From Anaerolineales bacterium (GTDB lineage Bacteria; Chloroflexota; Anaerolineae; Anaerolineales; UBA11858): a DNA stretch of 55,493 nt. Positions 1-8,940 of the stretch are shown here, piece by piece; position 1 is the stretch's first letter; each line of letters begins with the position of its first letter. Location: contig JASFVL010000003.1 of NCBI GenBank assembly GCA_050049875.1, forward strand, positions 1 through 55,493. The letters are read 5' to 3'. Position numbers and translations under genes: made by a program. A model generated the notes under the pieces. That model worked only from the letters and a program-made list of their open reading frames with translations, had not been told where the DNA came from and did not search any database.

Positions 1-104
1 ATATCCCAACCATAGTAAACCGTAGCCATCCCACCCCTGCCTATCACGCGCTCTAGGCGAAAATTTGAGAGTCTGCGCCCGATGAGTGGATCGTTGGTGT
101 TCAT
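1..104 (-). CDS. Ser/Thr protein kinase, N-terminus only (runs off the window edge)
   Basis: Not in the ORF track. Reverse complement from ATG at 104 reads MNTNDPLIGRRLSNFRLERVIGRGGMATVYYGWD, a Hanks kinase Gly-rich loop (GxGGMAxVY). Confidence 0.85.
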   Translation of the reverse strand, partial: MNTNDPLIGRRLSNFRLERVIGRGGMATVYYGWD

Positions 105-161
105 AAATCTATTCTACACCGCATTTTTCCGTCTCAACCGACCATTCAAATTTGATAAGAG

Positions 162-215
162 TTTATGTCACTTACCCTTATATAATTAACTCACCAACCA
201 TTCGTGTGACATAAA
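162..215. promoter_or_regulatory. 10-bp inverted repeat in the divergent promoter region between the two kinases
   Basis: TTTATGTCAC (162-171) and GTGACATAAA (206-215) flank a TATAAT at 181-186. Confidence 0.35.
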
Positions 216-376
216 AATGCTTCAATCAGCTGATTTTTATATCTTCTAGAGACGATTGAACCAAACGAATATGTAAATGTCCGGAGTGATAGCATCAGAT
301 TCCGATTCAAATGGTATGAAGTCAGAGAAGTGATCGTCTTGATACAAACAATAGAGATTATTGAAAGAGTTGTTTT

Positions 377-2113
377 GTGATTTCTAAAGACTCACTACTT
401 TATCACAAACTAGATGAATACCGTATCGAAACCCTGCTTGGTAAAGGAGGCATGGCAAGGGTTTACCGGGCGCTGGATGAGCGCCTCAACCGGTATGTTG
501 CATTAAAGGTCATTGAGAAGCCATTTCGTGCAGATGCGGATTATGTAACACGTTTCGAAAGAGAAGCGCGCGCTATCGCTCGACTGGAACACGAGCATAT
601 TGTTCGGTTGTATCGCTTTGGTCAGGCAGAGGGGTTAATGTACATAGCCATGCAGTTCATTGATGGTATCAATCTTGAGAAAATCATGGACCTATACCGG
701 GCAGATGGTGAATTTATGCTCATTGAGGATATTTGCCGCATTGTCTCTGAAGTCTGTCAGGCCTTGGATTATGCTCACAGCCAAGGGGTTATTCACCGAG
801 ACTTGAAACCCTCCAATGTTATGCTTGACAAAAAAGGGAAAGTATATCTCACCGATTTTGGTTTGGCGATGCTATCTGATGTAACCACGAGGGGTCAGGT
901 TTTGGGTTCCCCACGATATGTTTCCCCAGAACAGGCGATTTCGTCTGCCAATGTCGTCCCTCAAAGCGATCTTTATTCAGTGGGTGTCATCCTCTATGAG
1001 ATGCTTACAGGTAGAGTCCCTTTCGACGGCTCCAAACCCTTAGATGTCGCCATCATGCACATCGAAGAACAGCTTCCACCTCCAAGGGAGCTGCGTCCAA
1101 GTCTCAGCACAGAACTTGAAGATATCCTGTTTAAAATTCTAAAAAAACGACCAGAAGACCGTTATCAGAGTGGTTCAGAATTTAGCGCCACCTTAGAGCA
1201 TGCCATATTCAAAGATAAAGATAGAACACAAATATCGGGAATAAGCCCATCTGACAAATCCGTAACCTTAGCGGAGCGGGTAAAATTCGAAACCGCTCTA
1301 AAGTCAGGTACTCTCAAAGAGGTAGCTTCACCACAACCTCCAGCCATAGAGGAAAGCATAGATTCGGCAACACCTTCACCGGAAAACCAAAAGTCCAAAC
1401 CACTACCCATTATGCTAGGAGCTGGGGTGCTAGCCTTGATTTTGATAGTGGTTATGTGTATTTCCCTGATCGTCCTGGTGCAGTGGGCATCTGGATTGAG
1501 AAGTCAGAACGAAATCGCAACCATTTCCCCCACCACCATGACGTCGCAGACCGTAGACATCATCCTGATTGTTAACAGAACAAAGACGCCTACCCCTTTG
1601 TTGACAGAGACTTCTTTCGCCAGTCAGAACGATAATGAAACCTTAACATCGACTATCACAGCAACAGAAACGATTCACGTAACTGAAAATATGGTCACAT
1701 CCTGGACACAAACTCCTTCTCCAACAGCTACCCAGACGGCAACTGTTATCATCTCTGATAACTTTAAAATTATCATATCAACGAAAAAAGATGACAGCTT
1801 AGTGGTTATTAATGATGGTGAAGAACCCTTTACACTGTCGCCCTTGCAGTTGGGTGACGGATCAGACGCCATAAAAGGGACGGAATGGCTGGTTAATGAC
1901 CTTCTGCCTGGAGAATGTGTGGTAGCAGTAAAAGATACGGGTCGACCCAAGCTGCCTAAGAACAAATGCGACGAAATAGGAGAGCGTATTTTCCGCTCCC
2001 AAGGAGCGCGTTTTTGGGAAGACAGTTTTAAGGTCTACTATAATGAAATCGAAATTGGTACATGTGAGCCGAACAAGAATGGCATCGAATGCGAAATAGA
2101 ATTTGGTGATTAA
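377..2113 (+). CDS. Membrane-anchored Hanks-type Ser/Thr protein kinase
   Basis: GKGGMARVY, VALK, HRDLKPSN, DFG and SPE motifs; one TM helix; Thr-rich linker; Cys-containing extracellular domain. Confidence 0.95.
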   Translation: MISKDSLLYHKLDEYRIETLLGKGGMARVYRALDERLNRYVALKVIEKPFRADADYVTRFEREARAIARLEHEHIVRLYRFGQAEGLMYIAMQFIDGINLEKIMDLYRADGEFMLIEDICRIVSEVCQALDYAHSQGVIHRDLKPSNVMLDKKGKVYLTDFGLAMLSDVTTRGQVLGSPRYVSPEQAISSANVVPQSDLYSVGVILYEMLTGRVPFDGSKPLDVAIMHIEEQLPPPRELRPSLSTELEDILFKILKKRPEDRYQSGSEFSATLEHAIFKDKDRTQISGISPSDKSVTLAERVKFETALKSGTLKEVASPQPPAIEESIDSATPSPENQKSKPLPIMLGAGVLALILIVVMCISLIVLVQWASGLRSQNEIATISPTTMTSQTVDIILIVNRTKTPTPLLTETSFASQNDNETLTSTITATETIHVTENMVTSWTQTPSPTATQTATVIISDNFKIIISTKKDDSLVVINDGEEPFTLSPLQLGDGSDAIKGTEWLVNDLLPGECVVAVKDTGRPKLPKNKCDEIGERIFRSQGARFWEDSFKVYYNEIEIGTCEPNKNGIECEIEFGD

Positions 2114-3274
2114 ATGAAATTTGAGACTAAATCCATCCATGCTGGGCAGGAACCCGACCCGAGCACAGGGGCGGTGATGACCCCCATTTATCAGACTTCG
2201 ACCTACAAACAAGATGGGATCGGTCGCCATCGCGGTTATGAATATTCCCGCACCAGAAATCCCACTCGAACCGCTTTGGAGGGGTGCATCGCCACCTTGG
2301 AAAACGGGATTCTCGGGCTAGCTTTCGCCTCGGGGATGGCAGCCACCGACGCTGTCCTTAGACTGCTGGAGCCGGGAGATCACATCTTGGCTGGAAATGA
2401 TGTATATGGCGGTACCTATCGACTTTTCGATAAAGAGTTCCGGCGCTACAGTCTGGAATTCACTTATGTGGACACTACAAACATAAGTGAAGTGAAGGCG
2501 GGGTTGCGTTCCAATACCCGCTTGGTTTGGTTGGAAAGCCCCACAAACCCCCTTCTAAGCGTAACGGATATTCGCAAGGTTGCAGATGCCGTCCATAACC
2601 ACAACACCAATGTCCTGTTGACTGTTGATAACACCTTTGCCACGCCTTACCTGCAGAGACCATTAGATTTAGGGGCCGATATCGTCTTACATTCAACCAC
2701 AAAATATCTAGGGGGACACTCCGATGTGGTTGGTGGGGTGCTGGTGAGCAAGTCCACCCAACTGCACGAACGTTTAGCCTTTCTGCAAAATGCTGTAGGG
2801 GCTGTGCCGGGACCAATGGATTGTTATCTGGTCTTAAGGGGGATAAAAACATTGCCGGTGCGAATGGACCGCCACGCCCGGAACGCCGCTGTGGTAGCAG
2901 AATTCTTAGCTGCCCATCCTAAAGTTGTCAAAATCCTTTATCCCTTCCACCCCACTCACCCTCAGGTGGAGATCGCTCGTCAGCAGATGCGTAATGGAGG
3001 GGGGATGGTCTCTTTTGTGCTCGAGGGAGGAGCGCAAAGTGCTGCACAGGTCGCAGAAAATACACACATTTTCACCTTAGCTGAATCCCTGGGCAGTGTG
3101 GAATCGTTGATCGAGGTGCCCGCAGCGATGACTCATGCATCGACTGCTGATTCCCCCTTGGCCGTTAACCCAGGACTCGTACGCCTTTCCGTCGGTCTAG
3201 AACATATCGACGACTTAATCACAGACCTGGAGAATGCACTGGATTATTCGTCGAACAGAACTGTCTCCTCTTGA
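2114..3274 (+). CDS. Cystathionine gamma-lyase/gamma-synthase family PLP enzyme
   Basis: YEYSRTRNPTR, FASGMAA, DNTFATP, HSTTKYLGGHSD (PLP Lys), AESLGSVESL, RLSVGLE. Confidence 0.95.
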   Translation: MKFETKSIHAGQEPDPSTGAVMTPIYQTSTYKQDGIGRHRGYEYSRTRNPTRTALEGCIATLENGILGLAFASGMAATDAVLRLLEPGDHILAGNDVYGGTYRLFDKEFRRYSLEFTYVDTTNISEVKAGLRSNTRLVWLESPTNPLLSVTDIRKVADAVHNHNTNVLLTVDNTFATPYLQRPLDLGADIVLHSTTKYLGGHSDVVGGVLVSKSTQLHERLAFLQNAVGAVPGPMDCYLVLRGIKTLPVRMDRHARNAAVVAEFLAAHPKVVKILYPFHPTHPQVEIARQQMRNGGGMVSFVLEGGAQSAAQVAENTHIFTLAESLGSVESLIEVPAAMTHASTADSPLAVNPGLVRLSVGLEHIDDLITDLENALDYSSNRTVSS

Positions 3275-4080
3275 TAATGGCGTACACCCCTGCGTGCAAG
3301 ACGTTCCTGCAGCCATTGGGCTAGAGCTGCGTTCTTTTCGGAGAGAGATTGACCCTTTTTCAAATCAGCCAGAGGGTAGTTTAAACGCAGAGCTCGGGGG
3401 GAGATCATAAAACGGGTGATCCCTGCGGGAATCCGCAACCCTTCAGAAGCTAACTTAAGGATTTCATCCAGTTTAAATATCGGGTAGACGATCAAACCAC
3501 TAAAACGGTCATATAAATTCGTCAACGATTCTGCAGTGTCAACGGTAGTGCGGTCCATCATAGCGCGCTGTTTATAACTATCAACAATGGCATTCAGCAG
3601 GCTGCCTCGTCTGGCAAGATCCCCCAATTCAGTACAGAGGTCATAACCCCGCTTCTCGGACAGGAGCACTCTCGCCATACAATCGCTAAAGCTCAATTCC
3701 GGATCATCTTTGCCTGGATCAATCTCCCGTAAGTTCAAGCCGGCAATCGCACTTAAACCATCTAACAAAGCGCGCGATTCCAACCCCCAAACGACATGAT
3801 TCCATGCTCTCAGCCTCAGACCGGGATTGACAGACTCAACCACCTGGACAACGATGTGAGGACAGCCAATCATCTGGAAAGCTGCAGTGCGATTAGCACC
3901 ATCCAAGACCACATAGCGCGCTTGGTCATCACTCAAAGGGGTCACCACGGGAGGATTTCTCAAAAAACCATCGGAGTCCAGACTCTTAATTAATGGCAAT
4001 ACACGCTGCTGGTCATGCTGTTCGTGCGGAAGCAATTGCGCAACGGGGAGAATTTTAAGTGTTGGTAGAAATGGTGGCAT
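3244..4080 (-). CDS. ParB/sulfiredoxin-fold protein, SbnI/SerK-like putative free L-serine kinase
   Basis: LLPHE(20), RNPPVV, YVVLD(60)GANR, W-N-H, PAGITRFMISPRALRLNYPL and C-terminal RHYQEETVLFDE match the S. aureus SbnI motifs as I recall them. Confidence 0.75.
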   Translation of the reverse strand: MPPFLPTLKILPVAQLLPHEQHDQQRVLPLIKSLDSDGFLRNPPVVTPLSDDQARYVVLDGANRTAAFQMIGCPHIVVQVVESVNPGLRLRAWNHVVWGLESRALLDGLSAIAGLNLREIDPGKDDPELSFSDCMARVLLSEKRGYDLCTELGDLARRGSLLNAIVDSYKQRAMMDRTTVDTAESLTNLYDRFSGLIVYPIFKLDEILKLASEGLRIPAGITRFMISPRALRLNYPLADLKKGQSLSEKNAALAQWLQERLARRGVRHYQEETVLFDE

Positions 4081-4195
4081 AGCAATTTTTCAAATATACA
4101 AAAGATCTATTACTGACCTTTAGCCCTATTCAGTCAGATGTTGAACTTATTGAAATTTTATCGTAAAGCGGGCGTATTATAACCGCAGAGGGAAA

Positions 4196-5617
4196 TTATA
4201 TCTCATGGGCGATGAAATCGAGTACATCGATTTTCGTTAGTAAGCCAACGGGGCGCTCCGCTTCTGTCACCAAAATCACGGGCTCCTCGACAAATTGAGA
4301 CAGAACATCCCCAATGGGGGTTTGAGCCGAATAACTGGATGGTGCAGGTTGAATGATGGTTTTAATAGTTTCATCCGGCGTATGCTCGTGTTCAGAGCTC
4401 ATCATATGTTTGAGTAGATCTACCTCAGTCACTAGACCAGCAAGAGAACCGTCACGCTTAAGTACAGGAGCCTGGGAGATATCATTCTCTTTTAAAAGTG
4501 TGATCACATCTACCATGCGGTCCTCAGCGGAGACGGTTATCAAACCGGGAAGAGTTTTGTTGGCTAAGACCTCGCCCAAAGTAATTTCGCGCCACTCTGC
4601 TTCCAGGAATCCGTTCTCGCGCATCCATTTATCATCAAAAACCTTTGATAAGTAGCGCGATCCAGAGTCAGGTAGCACCACCACAACTAAACGCTTAGAG
4701 TCTAAGCCTTGAGCGTAACGTAAGGCACCAGCTAACGCGGAGCCTGAAGATCCGCCACAGAAGATTCCCTCTTCCTTGACTAATCGACGTGCCCATTGAA
4801 ATGATTCCTTATCCGAAACCCGCAACACTTCGTCCAGGATTGAGAGTTCCAAAGTTGTCGGCAGGAAATCCTCACCGATACCTTCCACTTTATAAGGCGT
4901 CGCGGTGACCTCCGGGGGAAAATCTCCTTGCTGCCAAGCTTCCAGCAAGATGGATCCCGCGGGATCAACCCCGATAATGCGGATGTCCGGATTTTGCTCC
5001 TTGAGGTAGCGACCCGCACCCGTAGCAGTCCCACCTGTACCCATACCCAAAACCACGTCGGTAACTTTACCTTGTGTCTGATCCCATATCTCTGGCCCGG
5101 TCGTCAAGTAATGGCTGTGGGGATTCTCTGGATTATGGTACTGGTTGGCAAGGATTGCATTTGGCGTTTCGGAAACAATGCGCTTCGCCACACTGTAATA
5201 GGAACGGGGATCGTCGGGGGATACTGCCGTAGGCGTGATCACTACCCTGGCACCGTAAGCCCGTAGAAATTGGATCTTTTCCTGGCTCATTTTATCCGGC
5301 ATCACGAAAACCGACTTGTAGCCTTTAATCGCACAAACAATCGCCAACCCAACGCCGGTATTTCCGGAGGTAGCCTCCACAACGGTTCCACCGGGTTTCA
5401 GACGCCCACTCTCTTCAGCTTCGGTGATCATATTGAATGCAATGCGGTCTTTTACTGAGCCGCCCGGGTTGAAAAACTCCAATTTGGCGTACAAAGGGCA
5501 TGGCAATCCTTGTGCCACCCGATTCAATCGTACCAAAGGAGTTCTGCCGATGGTCTGCAGGATGTTTTCATATACTCGAACCGAATCAGATACTCCTAAA
5601 ATATTACTTTCCTTCAT
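4196..5617 (-). CDS. cbs: Cystathionine beta-synthase with C-terminal CBS (Bateman) domain
   Basis: NPGGSVKDR (PLP Lys), TSGNTG, NQYHNP, GMGTGGT, EGIGEDF, PDSGSRYLSK, then a CBS-domain pair (ISQAPV ... GLLTKID). Confidence 0.92.
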   Translation of the reverse strand: MKESNILGVSDSVRVYENILQTIGRTPLVRLNRVAQGLPCPLYAKLEFFNPGGSVKDRIAFNMITEAEESGRLKPGGTVVEATSGNTGVGLAIVCAIKGYKSVFVMPDKMSQEKIQFLRAYGARVVITPTAVSPDDPRSYYSVAKRIVSETPNAILANQYHNPENPHSHYLTTGPEIWDQTQGKVTDVVLGMGTGGTATGAGRYLKEQNPDIRIIGVDPAGSILLEAWQQGDFPPEVTATPYKVEGIGEDFLPTTLELSILDEVLRVSDKESFQWARRLVKEEGIFCGGSSGSALAGALRYAQGLDSKRLVVVVLPDSGSRYLSKVFDDKWMRENGFLEAEWREITLGEVLANKTLPGLITVSAEDRMVDVITLLKENDISQAPVLKRDGSLAGLVTEVDLLKHMMSSEHEHTPDETIKTIIQPAPSSYSAQTPIGDVLSQFVEEPVILVTEAERPVGLLTKIDVLDFIAHEI

Positions 5618-5643
5618 GGTATTTCTATCTCTTTAATATCAAT

Positions 5644-5697
5644 CGTTGGTTATAAAACAAACCACCCGTATGAACCAACGGGGGGGTAATGGTTTGT
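5644..5697 (-). promoter_or_regulatory. Terminator-like hairpin with an alternative pairing in the cbs leader
   Basis: On the + strand ACAAACCA (5657-64) pairs with TGGTTTGT (5690-97) and CCCGT with ACGGG. A U-run follows on the minus strand. CGTTGGTT (5644-51) can alternatively pair with AACCAACG (5673-80). Confidence 0.4.
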
Positions 5698-5892
5698 ATT
5701 ATTGCTCCAAATAAGGTAATAATTCATGGATATTCAAGATTAATTTTATCATGACTGTGTGAATTGATATAACTACTTCCTCATGTAGAGGGTGGGGAAT
5801 CCCTCCCTAGAAGCACCTTTTTTCAGGGTATTCAATCATGCAATGCAATAATTATACGAGCATCATTTTCGGCGGTTGAATGAATATTAAGC

Positions 5893-6195
5893 TACGCTTA
5901 TTGTCACGGTAACGATGGGCGCGGCGGCACGCACTTCATGCACATGCAGGTCATGGAAGCGCCTGATATCCGCTATGAGGCGCTAAGAGGTGAAGCAGAA
6001 GAGCACAGCAACGGAGGTCACGGGGATGATGAACATGATGATGAGCAGAGCGATTACGACCTGACAGATTTCCGAAGGGCGATGGTCAAGGGAGTCCACC
6101 CCGGCGTTGAGCCGCTCAGTGATGATATGTCCCGCTGGGAAATGAGCGACCTGGACTTAGCCGACCTATTTAAGTTTATCCAAAGTTTAGATTAA
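5893..6195 (+). pseudogene. Cytochrome c remnant (5'-truncated, degenerate heme motif)
   Basis: In frame upstream of the 5938 ORF is YAYCHGNDGRGG; TAC in place of TGC turns CxxCH into YxxCH. There is an in-frame stop at 5881 and no signal peptide. The C-terminus LSDDMSRWEMSDLDLADLFKFIQSL is a class I cytochrome c end. Confidence 0.65.
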
Positions 6196-6271
6196 AGAAT
6201 CCCCATTAACTGGGTGGTGGTTAATAACAAGATACATTGAGAGCAGTGTTTATACGGCGCATCTTTTTGTT

Positions 6272-6463
6272 CTAAGGTTTCAACTTTTTAACCCGGTCAC
6301 CGATCACGGAAACGCTCCGAGGAGGCACCCCGACTTCATCAGTAGGTTGTACCCACATCTCGAACGGAAGACGAGTGGGTAGGGTTATGTGCGCTTCATC
6401 AGGTTGGATATGCTGAAGAGCAGTAGTAATCGCGCGAAAGGCTTCCTCAGTGTCGTTCAAACC
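6272..6463 (-). pseudogene. Internal fragment of a radical SAM protein
   Basis: GLNDTEEAFRAITTALQHIQPDEAHITLPTRLPFEMWVQP resembles the GLND...RPP C-terminal region of COG0731-type radical SAM proteins. No CxxxCxxC and no proper N-terminus. Confidence 0.55.
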
Positions 6464-6464
6464 A

Positions 6465-7238
6465 CTATAACGATCCTCCAGCATTCTCATTGAAACCCGG
6501 TTTTGTGACTGTAACCAGGCGTACTCCGGCGCGGTGCATCTGACGGAAATTGCCCGCTTGGCAAATTATTTGGAGCACCGGATCAATCGCCGTCACTACC
6601 GACCCGCAAAGGAGATCGAACCCATAATCAAACAGCAAGGGACTAAGAGGAACGCTGGGGCCGATGAGTATCATCAATGCCCGGGGTGAACAAAGGTCTA
6701 GCAACGATTCCAAAGTGTGATTGATTAATGTCATCCCAGTGATGGCAACGACCTCCGCGGTGGGTATCACTGCTGGAGCAGCAGTGTCCGGAAGATCACC
6801 CTTTTCCGGATCGCGTTCCAATACTATCAACTCCCCCACACGTTGCCTCAAACGTGGGACAAATGGGAATTCCCCTATGAGGACGACCGACTTTCCTGCT
6901 CCCTTTTCAGCGATAACCTCCTCAGCGTTCATATCCACCCAGAGTTCAGGTTGTGGAGGGATCAATGCATTAATCGCTGCAACCCCCACGCTCGCTAAGG
7001 TGGGCAGCTCGGATTGAGCAAATCTCGCCAAGGTTAACCCAGACATGTTTGCCAATTGACCTGATTGAGGCACATCTGGTATGCCGTGGTGGTGTTCTTT
7101 GGCGTGAAGGGTCGACGCCAGACCGCAGCGTCTTACGCCATCTGACTCGACCACTACCCCCGTCCAATGCAGTCCAATACAAACCTGAAGGACCTCTAAA
7201 TCAGGAAGCGTAGAGATCAAATCATCCAGAATACCCAT
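6465..7238 (-). CDS. DUF364-family Rossmann-like protein (putative metal/pterin binding)
   Basis: IGLHWTGV, CGLAST, GVAAINAL, IGEFPF, ITGMTLINHT, GPSVPLSP. Confidence 0.85.
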   Translation of the reverse strand: MGILDDLISTLPDLEVLQVCIGLHWTGVVVESDGVRRCGLASTLHAKEHHHGIPDVPQSGQLANMSGLTLARFAQSELPTLASVGVAAINALIPPQPELWVDMNAEEVIAEKGAGKSVVLIGEFPFVPRLRQRVGELIVLERDPEKGDLPDTAAPAVIPTAEVVAITGMTLINHTLESLLDLCSPRALMILIGPSVPLSPLLFDYGFDLLCGSVVTAIDPVLQIICQAGNFRQMHRAGVRLVTVTKPGFNENAGGSL

Positions 7239-7326
7239 TTCTCTTTACCCCGCTTCTTCACGATATCAACCAACGACCCGGACTCGCCCAGCTAGGGGAT
7301 CATAATACCATTCAAGAGAACCAGCA

Positions 7327-7704
7327 TCAATGATGGTCATGCCCGTGTTCTAGGCTATCCCTGCACGGCTGAGCACCGCGCAGTTGACCATCCAGGTATC
7401 CCTCCAGTGCACTCCGCACCGTTCCGGAAGCACCGGTGGCAATCTCGATGCCATATTGTTGGAAAAATCCAATTGCCCGTCGACCCATCCCACCACTGAG
7501 CATCACATCCACGCCGTGACCATGGATAAACTCCGGTACCATCCCTGGCTGGTGCCGCTCGAAAAATGGATTGTCCAATTCTTTAACGACTTGAACTTCT
7601 TGATTCTCTACATCCACCAATACATAATAGGGACAACGGCCAAAATGATGGCTTACCAGGCTGTCCAGTCCGTTTTTGTCCTCGGATGAAATTGCGATAC
7701 GCAT
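7327..7704 (-). CDS. NifB/NifX-family Mo-Fe cluster-binding (orange-protein-like) protein
   Basis: RIAIS, HHFGRCPYY, GGMGRRA, His-rich tail. Confidence 0.88.
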   Translation of the reverse strand: MRIAISSEDKNGLDSLVSHHFGRCPYYVLVDVENQEVQVVKELDNPFFERHQPGMVPEFIHGHGVDVMLSGGMGRRAIGFFQQYGIEIATGASGTVRSALEGYLDGQLRGAQPCRDSLEHGHDHH

Positions 7705-7705
7705 A

Positions 7706-8008
7706 TTAATTCTCCTTGTTGATTAAATTTGTTAATTCCTCAGCTGCTATGTAACCCGTGACCTTAATGCACTGCTCCTTAACCCCAGGTACTCCAGCAA
7801 CCGCTTGTTTGATCTGCTTAACCAAAAATACAGCAATCGGGCAAAGCGGTGAAGAGGGACGGAATGTATATTTGACCCGGCCTCCCGATTCTACCGATAG
7901 ATTCTCGACCAGCCGCATACGCATCACATCTGCGTTGGTCTCGGGGTCAATGACCAACCGCAGGCGTTCATGAATAGCCTCTAGTAATCTGGTCGATTCT
8001 AATTGCAT
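7706..8008 (-). CDS. DUF59/MIP18 (SufT-like) Fe-S assembly protein
   Basis: VIDPET...MRLV...PSSPLCPIA motif; start placed at ATG 8008. Confidence 0.85.
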   Translation of the reverse strand: MQLESTRLLEAIHERLRLVIDPETNADVMRMRLVENLSVESGGRVKYTFRPSSPLCPIAVFLVKQIKQAVAGVPGVKEQCIKVTGYIAAEELTNLINKEN

Positions 8009-8010
8009 TC

Positions 8011-8925
8011 CTACACCGACTCCTTCAGCAAGTTGTTTAATCGTTCCCAAATCGCTTGTACGGCCCTGCTGGCGGAGCTGTCGGGTTGGAAAGCTGTCAC
8101 TACTTGACCTCGAACCATAGAATCAGTCACTATTTCATCAAAAGGTATGCACCCAATGAATTCGATACTATGATCCTGGCAGTAAGTCTTGATTTCCGTC
8201 ACAGCCGGAGGATAAAGATCAGCTTTATTGACACAGACCAACGATCGAATACCGAAGTGGTCTGTGGTATGAAAAACCCGCTGCATATCGTGTAACCCTG
8301 ACATCGTCGGCTCTGCAACAATCAACGCCAAATCTGCCCCTGAGGCAGCAGAGATCACCGGGCAACCAATACCGGGCGGTCCATCTATAATCACCAGAGA
8401 ATAACCCTCATCTAAAGCGAATAATCTGGCGCGCTGCTTGACCAATGTAACCAACTTTCCTGAATTCTCTTGAGCCGGACGAAGTTCGGCGTGGAACAAG
8501 GGACCATAACAGCTCATCGATTGAAACCACTTGCCGACAACTTGATCTTGCATGCTAATGGCACCTTCTGGGCATTGATATACACACGCTGCGCAGCCAT
8601 CGCAAGCAATTGGATCAATATCGAAAAAGGTGTTCTCAAACTCAGAAATATGTATTGCATCGAAGCGGCAAACTCGCTCGCACTCACCACAACCTGTGCA
8701 GGCAGTTGGTTCAATCACTGCGATTTGGCCGCCCCAGAATTGTTCTGTTTTCAGGATTTGTGGATCTAACAAAAGTTCCAGATTGGCCGCATCCACGTCT
8801 GCATCAGCTAGCACGGTCGACATGGGATATGAACCAGTTTCAGCTAGATGTGCAAAGGCTGCTGTCAAGCTGGTTTTGCCAGTTCCCCCTTTACCGCTGA
8901 GGATCACGAGTTGTTGCATGTCCAT
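8011..8925 (-). CDS. MinD-superfamily P-loop ATPase with inserted 2x[4Fe-4S] ferredoxin domain
   Basis: SGKGGTGKT, DADVDAANL, CTGCGECERVC and CDGCAACVYQC, ENSGKLV, DGPPGIGCPV. Confidence 0.92.
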   Translation of the reverse strand: MDMQQLVILSGKGGTGKTSLTAAFAHLAETGSYPMSTVLADADVDAANLELLLDPQILKTEQFWGGQIAVIEPTACTGCGECERVCRFDAIHISEFENTFFDIDPIACDGCAACVYQCPEGAISMQDQVVGKWFQSMSCYGPLFHAELRPAQENSGKLVTLVKQRARLFALDEGYSLVIIDGPPGIGCPVISAASGADLALIVAEPTMSGLHDMQRVFHTTDHFGIRSLVCVNKADLYPPAVTEIKTYCQDHSIEFIGCIPFDEIVTDSMVRGQVVTAFQPDSSASRAVQAIWERLNNLLKESV

Positions 8926-8940
8926 ATGTATCGAACAATC

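Noticed and set aside
3244-4080. ParB partition protein or plasmid signal
   Set aside because: No HTH, no adjacent parA or parS; motifs fit the SbnI/SerK branch.
5700-5880. SAM riboswitch or T-box upstream of cbs
   Set aside because: Conserved SAM-I and T-box sequence signatures were not found.
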